DNA of 64,000 nucleotides, taken from NCBI GenBank assembly GCA_017467445.1, contig JAFTSG010000010.1:25049-89048 (forward strand), given 5' to 3'. The stretch comes from Clostridia bacterium (GTDB lineage Bacteria; Bacillota; Clostridia; RUG12999). The position numbers and the translations under genes are program-made. The notes under the pieces were generated by a model, which made no database searches, had not been told where the DNA came from, and worked only from the letters and a program-made list of their open reading frames with translations. Below are positions 56,041 to 64,000 of this stretch, in pieces (position 1 is the stretch's first letter; the number at the start of each line of letters is the position of its first letter).

Positions 56041-57240
56041 ATGGCAAACAATGAAAGAAGAGTAGGTACAATTTCAAGAGGTATCCGTTGCCCGATTATC
56101 AGAGAAGGGGACAACCTTGCCGAAATCGTAACTACAAGCGTTCTTGAAGCAGCGCAGTATGAAGGATTTGAACTTCGTGACAGAGATGTTATTGCTCTTA
56201 CAGAATCCATAGTTGCAAGGGCACAGGGAAACTATGCAACTATAGATGATATTGCAGCTGATGTAAAAGCTAAATTTGGCGGAGACACCGTTGGTGTAAT
56301 TTTCCCGATTCTTTCCCGTAACAGATTTTCAATCTGTCTTAAAGGTATTGCTAAAGCAGTAAAAAAAGTAATCATTATGCTCAGCTATCCAGCTGATGAA
56401 GTTGGTAACGAACTTATCACACTTGATATGGTTGAAGCAGCAGGCGTAAACCCTTATTCCGATGTTCTTGACCTTAAACGTTACCGTGAACTTTTTGGAA
56501 GACACCTGCACGAATTTACAGGCGTTGACTATGTTGACTATTATACAGAGCTTGTTACAAGCTGCGGTGCTGAAGTTGAATTTGTATTTGCAAATCAGGC
56601 AAAAGCAATCCTTAACTATACAGACCATGTTCTTGTATGTGATATTCATACACGTTTCCGCACAAAGCGCATCTTAAAAGAAGCGTGTGCAAAGGTTGTT
56701 TACGGTTTTGACGAAATTTTGAATGCTCCTGTTAACGGCAGCGGATTCAATGCAAAATACGGTCTTTTAGGTTCAAACAAATCAACCGAAGAAAAAATCA
56801 AACTTTTCCCGCAGGATTGTCAGGACCTTGTTCTCGACATCCAGAAAAGAGTTCTTGATGCTACAGGCAAGCACGTTGAAGTAATGGTATATGGTGACGG
56901 CGCTTTCAAAGATCCTCAGGGTAAAATATGGGAACTTGCTGACCCGGTTGTATCTCCGGCATATACAGACGGTCTTAAAGGTACACCGAACGAAATCAAG
57001 CTTAAATATCTTGCTGATAATGAATATAAAGATTTGTCCGGTGAGGAACTTAAAAAAGCAATTTCCGAAAGTATCAAAGCAAAAGGTGATAACCTTGTTG
57101 GTAATATGGCATCACAGGGAACAACTCCCCGTCAGCTTACCGACCTTATCGGTTCGCTTTGTGACCTTACAAGCGGTTCCGGAGACAAAGGAACACCCGT
57201 TGTTCTTGTACAGGGTTATTTTGATAACTATACCAACTAA
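56041..57240 (+). CDS. CofE-like (F420-0:gamma-glutamyl ligase family, COG1478) protein
   Basis: N-terminus PIIREGDNLAEIV...DVIALTESIVARAQGN resembles the CofE/FbiB ligase core. It has an extended -10 promoter (TGaTATAAT at ~55948). Confidence 0.5.
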   Translation: MANNERRVGTISRGIRCPIIREGDNLAEIVTTSVLEAAQYEGFELRDRDVIALTESIVARAQGNYATIDDIAADVKAKFGGDTVGVIFPILSRNRFSICLKGIAKAVKKVIIMLSYPADEVGNELITLDMVEAAGVNPYSDVLDLKRYRELFGRHLHEFTGVDYVDYYTELVTSCGAEVEFVFANQAKAILNYTDHVLVCDIHTRFRTKRILKEACAKVVYGFDEILNAPVNGSGFNAKYGLLGSNKSTEEKIKLFPQDCQDLVLDIQKRVLDATGKHVEVMVYGDGAFKDPQGKIWELADPVVSPAYTDGLKGTPNEIKLKYLADNEYKDLSGEELKKAISESIKAKGDNLVGNMASQGTTPRQLTDLIGSLCDLTSGSGDKGTPVVLVQGYFDNYTN

Positions 57241-57255
57241 TGAATTTAAAAAGAC

Positions 57256-58074
57256 TTGGCGCGCCAAGTCTTTTTTGATAAGGAGAGTATTATGGAATCT
57301 TTAAGAAACAAAAAAGGCTTTATATGTGATATGGATGGTGTTATCTATCACGGCAACAACATTCTTGACGGAGTCAAGGAATTTGTTACCTGGCTTCAGG
57401 AAAACGATAAAAAGTTTATTTTCCTTACAAACAGCCCTGAAAAAACACCGCACGAGCTTAGTATGAAACTGCAGCGAATGGGACTTACAGTAAGTGAGGA
57501 TCATTTCTATACCAGTGCACAGTCAACGGCATCTTTCCTCAGTAGTCAGTCACCCGGTTGTAGTGCATATGTAATTGGCGAGGCAGGACTTCTCAATGCG
57601 CTTTATGACAAAGGAATCTGCACAAACGACGTAAATCCCGAATATGTGGTGGTAGCTGAAACAAGAACATACAGCTTTGAAAAAATTGAAAAAGCGGTTG
57701 AGCTTGTGAATAAAGGAGCAAAACTTATTGGCACAAACCCCGATATTACCGGTCCTACCGAAAGAGGTAATGTGCCGGCAACAGGCGCACTTGTTGCACC
57801 TATTGAAATTGCAACCGGCAAAAAAGCTTATTTCATAGGCAAGCCAAACCCTCTTACAATGCGTCACGCACTTAAGGTCCTCGGTTGCCACAGTTATGAA
57901 ACCGCACTTATCGGTGACCGTATGGATACCGACATTATTTCGGGCATAGAATCGGCAATTGACACTGTGCTTGTTTTAAGCGGTGTTACAAGAAGAGTTG
58001 ATATTGAAAACTTCCCGTACAGACCGAAATATGTGCTTAGTGGTGTAGGTGAAATTCCGGATGCTAAAGATTAA
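57256..58074 (+). CDS. HAD-superfamily subfamily IIA hydrolase (NagD/YutF-like sugar phosphatase)
   Basis: DMDGVIY motif I, a C-terminal GDRMDTDI motif and the cap domain typical of IIA. Confidence 0.8.
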   Translation: MARQVFFDKESIMESLRNKKGFICDMDGVIYHGNNILDGVKEFVTWLQENDKKFIFLTNSPEKTPHELSMKLQRMGLTVSEDHFYTSAQSTASFLSSQSPGCSAYVIGEAGLLNALYDKGICTNDVNPEYVVVAETRTYSFEKIEKAVELVNKGAKLIGTNPDITGPTERGNVPATGALVAPIEIATGKKAYFIGKPNPLTMRHALKVLGCHSYETALIGDRMDTDIISGIESAIDTVLVLSGVTRRVDIENFPYRPKYVLSGVGEIPDAKD

Positions 58075-58540
58075 AATTGTTTCCGTAGGAAAAATAAAAG
58101 AAAAATCATTAAAATCGCTGATTGATGAGTATGTAAAACGTCTTGGACGTTATGCAAAAACCGAAATGGTTGAGCTTTCCGACCTGCCTGTTCCCGACAA
58201 TCCGTCGGCAGGAGAAATAACGGCGGTTATTGAAAAAGAGGGAACAGAAATTATAAAACATATTTCACCTCGTGCAATGGTTGTTCCAATGTGCATTGAA
58301 GGGGAGAAATATACGTCCGAAAAGTTTGCGCGCGTTATTGAATCGGCGGCAAATACATACCCCGAAATTGTGTTTGTAATAGGAAGTTCACACGGTCTTT
58401 GCGATAAGGTAAAACAAATGGGCAATATCAAAATGTCAATGTCGGATATGACCTTTCCGCATAACCTTGCAAAACTGATGCTTATTGAACAGATTTACCG
58501 GGCATTCAAAATCAATAATAACGAAAACTACCATAAATGA
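58061..58540 (+). CDS. rlmH: 23S rRNA (pseudouridine1915-N3)-methyltransferase RlmH
   Basis: SPOUT-fold RlmH signature (IKIVSVGKIKEKSL...VFVIGSSHGL); ~159 aa from the ATG at 58061. Confidence 0.85.
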   Translation: MLKIKIVSVGKIKEKSLKSLIDEYVKRLGRYAKTEMVELSDLPVPDNPSAGEITAVIEKEGTEIIKHISPRAMVVPMCIEGEKYTSEKFARVIESAANTYPEIVFVIGSSHGLCDKVKQMGNIKMSMSDMTFPHNLAKLMLIEQIYRAFKINNNENYHK

Positions 58541-58568
58541 AAAGAGTTGGCTTTCGCCAACTCTTTTT
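58541..58568. terminator. bidirectional terminator between rlmH (+) and the minus-strand HD-like gene
   Basis: AAAGAGTTGGC-tttc-GCCAACTCTTT followed by TTT. Confidence 0.6.
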
Positions 58569-59092
58569 TAATATTTTTTTGTATTTCTTATAATTTTAAA
58601 TGTTTCTTTTTCGCCTTTTTCGGAAAGCGAGCGAAGCCAGAATTCAATCAAATCCGATGTTTCGGGATGAATCACCCGAAAATCTTTCCCTTTCATAAAA
58701 TACTCAATAGGATGACTGTCGGTGTAGTTTTCACCCTGATATATCTTACTCGCAGCAACTCTGTCGCAAAACATCTCTTTTACATATTTAATCGGCATTT
58801 TAACAGGCTCATCACGTTTTGCCTTGGGATTAAAATCAATCCAGTGTTCAAAATGATGGCGGTTTCTGCCTTTATGATGAAGCCATGCAGAAGAATATCC
58901 AAAAATCTCACGCTCGATTTCGTTCGGGCTTCTTGTACCCTGATAATATTTTGCACCTGCACGAAATTCCGCATATGAATATTTTGATAAATCATGAAAT
59001 AATGACTGAAACAGAATTCCTGCTTTATACCCATGTTTTATAACCGTATGGCGGTGTTTTGTTATTGTAATAAAATGTTTTATGGCTTTCAT
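58568..59092 (-). CDS. hypothetical His-rich (HD-like) protein
   Basis: 174 aa with several conserved-looking His/Asp (HDLSKY, WLHHKGRNRHHFEHW). The family is uncertain. Confidence 0.4.
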   Translation of the reverse strand: MKAIKHFITITKHRHTVIKHGYKAGILFQSLFHDLSKYSYAEFRAGAKYYQGTRSPNEIEREIFGYSSAWLHHKGRNRHHFEHWIDFNPKAKRDEPVKMPIKYVKEMFCDRVAASKIYQGENYTDSHPIEYFMKGKDFRVIHPETSDLIEFWLRSLSEKGEKETFKIIRNTKKY

Positions 59093-59259
59093 GGTATAAT
59101 CTTATCCTTTCAGGTAAATTATACACTAAACGCACAAAAAAGTAAACATCAAAATTTCAAAAACGTATAATGAAAAGCAATTTTGAGATAATGTGTATAT
59201 GGGAGTAATTTTTTACTTAAAGCTATTTGCTCCAAAGACTATAAAAACGAGGGATAAAT

Positions 59260-61299
59260 ATGAAATCAAAACTTTTTGAAAGCCTGCAAAGGTGCGGCAG
59301 AGCATTTATGCTTCCGATAGCAATTTTGCCTGTTGCCGGACTGCTGCTTGGTATAGGCAGTTCGTTTACAAACGCTACAACACTTGAAGCATACAGACTT
59401 ACAGGTGTCATTTATGAAGGCGGCGTCCTGTACACAATTTTAAGTATTATGTAAGCCACGGGAAGTGTGGTGTTTGACAACCTTCCTCTTCTTTTTGCTG
59501 TTGGTGTTGCCATTGGTATGGCAAAACAGGAAAAAGAGGTTGCGGCGCTTGCAGGTGTGCTTGCATACCTTATAATGAACGCATCCATAAGTGCGCTTAT
59601 ATTTGCAACAGGTGGTGTTGAAGCACTTGCGGCAAATACAACGGCATCCGTTCTTGGCATAACAACACTGCAAATGGGGGTATTCGGCGGTATTATTGTA
59701 GGTCTTGGTGTTGCGGCACTTCATAACAGATTTTACAAAATTGAATTGCCACAGGTATTTTCATTCTTTGGCGGAACAAGATTTGTACCTATAATATGCA
59801 GTCTTGTCTATTTGCTTGTAGGTATCCTTATGTTCTTTATATGGCCTATCGTACAAAGAGGAATTGCAAGTTTGGGTAATCTGGTTCTTGCATCCGGATA
59901 TGCAGGAACATGGATATACGGAATTATTGAACGTGCACTTATACCATTCGGACTTCATCACGTGTTTTATACACCGTTCTGGCAAACGGAACTTGGTGGT
60001 AGTATGATAATTAACGGTACACTTGTTCAGGGTGCGCAAAACATCTATTTTGCACAGCTTGCCGACCCCAATACCACAAGATTTTCAGTGGAAGCCACAC
60101 GTTTTATGGCAGGTAAATTCCCGTTTATGATTTTCGGTCTTCCTGCGGCGGCATATGCAATATACAGATGTGCAAAACCTGAAAAGCGGCAGGTTGCAGG
60201 CGGACTTCTTCTTTCTGCGGCAATAACGTCAATGCTTACAGGTATAACTGAACCGCTTGAATTTACATTTCTTTTCGTAGCGCCACTTATGTACGGTGTA
60301 CACTGCGTACTTGCCGGACTTTCGTTTATGCTTATGCACATTTTTAATGTTGGCGTGGGAATGACGTTTTCGGGCGGTATAATTGACCTTATTCTATTTG
60401 GCGTACTTCAGGGAAATGCCAAAACAAACTGGATTTGGGTAATTATTGTCGGTCTTGTTTTTGCAGTTATTTACTATTTCGTATTCTCATTTATGATACG
60501 TAAATTCAATTATAAAACACCGGGTCGTGAGGATGACGGCGAGGAAACAAAACTTTATACAAGAAAAGACGTAAACGCAAGAAAAGAAAACAATGCCGTA
60601 AGTGAACTTATCTTAAAAGGACTTGGTGGCAAGGAAAATATATCGGATATTGATGCCTGCGCAACAAGACTTCGTGTAACGGTTAAAAACGGCGAGAAGG
60701 TTTCTGAAAGTGCACTTAAAGAAAGCGGTGCATCGGGTGTCATCAAAAAAGGTAATGGTGTTCAGGTAGTTTACGGACCGAGAGTATCGGTTATAAAATC
60801 AAACCTTATGAGTTATATGGAAATGGCGTCTGAAGCATCAGATGAAAGCGGAATTATTTCTTCTCCGATGAACGGTAAAATAGTTAAATTAGGGGATGTG
60901 CCGGACGAGGCATTTTCGGGCAAAGTTCTTGGTGACGGTGTTGCAATTGAACCGAGCGAAGGCAAACTTTATGCACCGTTTGACGGTAAAGTAGAAATGG
61001 TATTTGATACAAAACACGCAATAAACCTTATATCTGATGACGGATGTGAACTTCTTATGCATATCGGTATTGATACGGTTTCTCTTAAAGGAAAATATTT
61101 TGAAACTCACGTATCAGCAGGGGACAGAGTGAAAAAAGGCGACCTTCTTATATCCTTTGATGTGGATGGAATTAAAAAAGAAGGATTTAAAACAGTAACA
61201 CCGATTGTTGTATGCAACCACGAGGATTATAAAGGAATAAAGGTGATCGATTCAGGAAATGTCAAAACGGGAGACAAGCTGATTGAAATAATGAGGTGA
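59260..61299 (+). pseudogene. PTS glucose/N-acetylglucosamine-family EIICBA gene interrupted by an in-frame TAA (59452-59454)
   Basis: The N-terminus [30 protein letters not shown] and the post-stop FDNLPLLFAVGVAIG are colinear EIIC motifs in the same frame. Downstream come the EIIB (CATRLRV) and EIIA (H-containing) domains. The combined length of ~680 aa fits EIICBA. Confidence 0.7.
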
Positions 61300-61303
61300 C
61301 AAG

Positions 61304-61561
61304 ATGAAGCAGTTTGAATATGTAATAAAAGACGAGCTGGGCGTGCACGCACGTCCGGCAGGTCTTGTTGTTAAGGCGGCAAAAGAATTTGAAAGCGAAA
61401 TCGTTATCACAAAAGCCGACAAAAGTGCAAACGCGAAAAAGCTGATTGCACTTATGGGTCTTGCAATAAAACAAGGTGATAGGATAATTGTTAAAATAAG
61501 CGGAGAAGATGAGGATAAAGCGGCTGCTGAAATGGAAAAAACACTTTCGGAAATTTTGTAA
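61304..61561 (+). CDS. ptsH: phosphocarrier protein HPr
   Basis: GVHARPAG (His15 region) and a Ser46 region (KSANAKKLIALMGLA); 85 aa. Confidence 0.9.
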   Translation: MKQFEYVIKDELGVHARPAGLVVKAAKEFESEIVITKADKSANAKKLIALMGLAIKQGDRIIVKISGEDEDKAAAEMEKTLSEIL

Positions 61562-61579
61562 ATAAGAGGTGCCTTGGGA

Positions 61580-63205
61580 ATGAAAATTCATTCAGGAAAA
61601 AGCGTAAATCCGATGATTGCAATCGGAAAAGTATTTGTTTTGGAATCAAAAGATGCAGCGGCAAAAAAAATAAAAACCGAATCTTCTGAAAAAGAACTTG
61701 AAAGATTTGAATCGGCAAAACTAAAGGCGATAAGTCAGCTTGAGGTTTTATATGAAAAAACAATGCGCTCTGTCGGCGAGGAAGAAGCCGAGATTTTTGA
61801 AATCCACGCCATGATGCTGGAAGATGATGATTATAACGACGAAATTACCCAAATCATAGAAAAAGAAAAAGTCAATGCCGAATATGCAGTAGCTACCGCC
61901 TGCGAAAAATTCCGTGATATGCTTATAGCTACGGGGGATAGCTATATGCAGTCACGCGAAGCCGATATAAAAGATATTTCGGACAGGCTTATAAACTGTC
62001 TTTCGGGCAAAAACTTGTCTGATATAGAGCTTCCCGAAAACAGCGTTATTTGTGCAGAGGATTTAACCCCAACACAAACAATGGAGCTTGATAAAAATAA
62101 AATATGTGGATTTGTTACGGCATACGGGTCGGAAAATTCTCACGCGGCAATCTTAGCCCGAACAATGAACGTGCCGTCTTTGATAGGTGTGGGCGAGGAG
62201 TTTCTTTCGGAAATAGAAAATGGAACCGATGTAATTGTAGACGGCATTTCGGGACGGCTTATATTATCTCCGGATGAAGATGAAATCCTAAAAGCTCGTC
62301 AGCTTATTGAAGAGAAAGAAAAAGAAACCTTACGTCTTCGGGAATTAATCGGCAAAGAAGATATTACAAAAAACGGACAAAAGGTTTCGGTTTTTGCCAA
62401 TATCGGCACACCGCAGGATTTACCGAAGGTACTTGAAAATGATGCGTCGGGAATAGGACTTTTTAGAAGCGAATTTCTGTATCTCGGTAAAGACAGTTTT
62501 CCTACCGAAGAAGAACAGTTTCTTGCATATAAAAAAGTGTTTGAAACAATGAATGGCAAAAAGGTAATTGTGCGTACACTTGATATTGGTGCTGATAAAA
62601 AAGCCGACTATTTCAATCTTGATACCGAAGAAAATCCTGCACTCGGTATGCGCGCAATCAGACTTTGTCTTACGCGTCCCGAAATATTTGTAACTCAGCT
62701 GCGTGCAATTTACCGCGCATCAGTATATGGAAATGCGGCAATAATGTTTCCTATGATAACATCGCTCTTTGAAATAAAAAATGCACTGCAGTACTGCGGC
62801 GAAGCAAAACGTCAGCTTAAAGCAGAGGGAACTTCCTATAACGAAAATGTGGAATGCGGAATTATGATAGAAACTCCGGCAGCGGCGATAATAAGTGATA
62901 TTCTTGCTCCGGAAGTGGATTTTTTCAGTATCGGCACAAATGATTTGACACAGTATACACTTGCGTGTGACAGACAAAATCCGAAACTGGGAGAATTTTC
63001 TGTTTCAAATCACGAGGCGGTTTTAAGACTTATTGAAACTACAGTTAAAAATGCGCATAGCCATAAAAAATGGGTAGGAATTTGCGGAGAACTTGCAGGG
63101 GACTTGAATATTGTTGAAAGATTTGTTAAAATGGGAGTAGACGAACTTTCGGTATCGCCGTCAAGAGTGCTTAAATTACGGCAAAAAATACGGCAGATAC
63201 AGTGA
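61580..63205 (+). CDS. ptsI: phosphoenolpyruvate-protein phosphotransferase (PTS enzyme I)
   Basis: EI architecture with the active-site His region (GSENSHAAILARTMNVPSLIGV) and the PEP-utilising domain. The ATG at 61580 has RBS aagaggt 9 nt upstream. Confidence 0.92.
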   Translation: MKIHSGKSVNPMIAIGKVFVLESKDAAAKKIKTESSEKELERFESAKLKAISQLEVLYEKTMRSVGEEEAEIFEIHAMMLEDDDYNDEITQIIEKEKVNAEYAVATACEKFRDMLIATGDSYMQSREADIKDISDRLINCLSGKNLSDIELPENSVICAEDLTPTQTMELDKNKICGFVTAYGSENSHAAILARTMNVPSLIGVGEEFLSEIENGTDVIVDGISGRLILSPDEDEILKARQLIEEKEKETLRLRELIGKEDITKNGQKVSVFANIGTPQDLPKVLENDASGIGLFRSEFLYLGKDSFPTEEEQFLAYKKVFETMNGKKVIVRTLDIGADKKADYFNLDTEENPALGMRAIRLCLTRPEIFVTQLRAIYRASVYGNAAIMFPMITSLFEIKNALQYCGEAKRQLKAEGTSYNENVECGIMIETPAAAIISDILAPEVDFFSIGTNDLTQYTLACDRQNPKLGEFSVSNHEAVLRLIETTVKNAHSHKKWVGICGELAGDLNIVERFVKMGVDELSVSPSRVLKLRQKIRQIQ

Positions 63206-63230
63206 ATATAAACGTGAGGTGCAATTAAAT

Positions 63231-64000
63231 ATGAAAATAGCTGTTCTTGACAGGCTGACTCTCGGTAGTGACCTTGACCTTTCGGAAGCAAAAAAATTCG
63301 GTGAGGTTGTTATATACGACAAAACTGATATAGACGAAGTGGAAGAGCATATAGGGGATGCGGATGTTGTTTTTGTAAATAAAGTAAAGCTTAACGAAAC
63401 AAATCTTAAAAATGCTCATAACCTTAAAGTTATATGTGAAGCCGCAACAGGATACGATAATATAGACGTAGCTTATTGCAAATCCCGTGGTATTGCTGTG
63501 TGCAACGTACCTGGATATTCGGTATACAGCGTAGCACAGGTTACCGTATCTATGGTACTTTATCTTGTGAACCACCTGCCCGAATATACTGGCTATACCA
63601 AAAGTGGCATCTATACGGATGCGGGAAATGCAAACATACTTTCACCCGTATACCATGAGCTTCTCGGTAAAACGTGGGGAATAGTAGGCTACGGCGGAAT
63701 AGGTGCCCGAGTGGGTGAAATTGCAAAAGCCCTCGGATGCAATGTTATAGCATTCAAACGCACTCCCATAGACGGTGTGCAGTGTACGGATATAGATACT
63801 TTAATTGAAAAAAGTGATATTATAACCGTGCACATTCCGCTGTCCGATGCCACACGCGGACTGATAGACAAAGCGCGCATCTCAAAAATGAAAAAATCGG
63901 CAATTCTTGTAAATACGGCACGCGGCGGCGTGCTTGATGAAGCGGCAGTGTGTAGCGCAGTAAAAGAAGGGAAAATTGCGGCATTCGGGAGCGATGTATA
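63231..64000 (+). CDS. D-isomer-specific 2-hydroxyacid dehydrogenase (glycerate/hydroxypyruvate reductase-like); the 3' end lies outside the window
   Basis: Rossmann motif GIVGYGGIGARVGEIAKALG and catalytic-domain motifs. RBS gtgaggtg. The frame is open to the window end, which is why it is not in the ORF track. Confidence 0.8.
   Translation, partial: MKIAVLDRLTLGSDLDLSEAKKFGEVVIYDKTDIDEVEEHIGDADVVFVNKVKLNETNLKNAHNLKVICEAATGYDNIDVAYCKSRGIAVCNVPGYSVYSVAQVTVSMVLYLVNHLPEYTGYTKSGIYTDAGNANILSPVYHELLGKTWGIVGYGGIGARVGEIAKALGCNVIAFKRTPIDGVQCTDIDTLIEKSDIITVHIPLSDATRGLIDKARISKMKKSAILVNTARGGVLDEAAVCSAVKEGKIAAFGSDV

Noticed and set aside
1-64000. CRISPR arrays, rRNA genes, IS elements with terminal inverted repeats
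   Set aside because: No regularly spaced short direct repeats, no rRNA-like sequence and no transposase ORFs were seen. The only mobile DNA is the tRNA-Ser integrative element.

Overview
This is a chromosomal segment from a low-GC, spore-forming Firmicute, most likely a Clostridia/Oscillospiraceae-type genome: spoIIR is present and the core gene order is typical. The plus strand carries mostly housekeeping genes. These are an acyl-CoA synthetase, ilvB-ilvN, yceD-rpmF, DUF512-der-plsY-murJ, an envelope glycan cluster (Wzy_C ligase-like, GT4 glycosyltransferase, two tandem DUF4330-like genes), tig-clpP-clpX, nagA, valS, a DUF5685-like/J-domain pair, an AI-2E transporter, glmM-glmS on the minus strand, two polysaccharide deacetylases, a PHP phosphatase, an XRE-cupin regulator plus a second AMP-binding ligase, spoIIR, two tRNA-Ser genes, and a PTS block (EIICBA with an in-frame stop, ptsH, ptsI). 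Four accessory islands stand out. The first is an 8.8-kb gene for a 2942-aa secreted protein built of repeated beta-helix modules, with its own promoter and a terminator-like hairpin in the 5' leader. The second sits immediately downstream: an unannotated 50-codon peptide ORF, then a small operon encoding a 4-TM membrane protein, a stand-alone HPr-kinase-like P-loop protein and a mini Ser/Lys (S24/S26-like) peptidase. Together these may form an undescribed RiPP-like or phospho-peptide system. The third is a ~6.3-kb AT-rich integrative element inserted at the 3' end of tRNA-Ser(GCT), flanked by 23-bp direct repeats. It carries a large serine recombinase, a tyrosine integrase, HTH regulators and two paralogous membrane proteins sharing a novel C-terminal domain. 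The fourth lies next to that element: tandem att-like ~60-bp repeats and the decayed remnants of an FrdA-like flavoprotein gene. No CRISPR array, rRNA, T-box or glmS ribozyme was seen.
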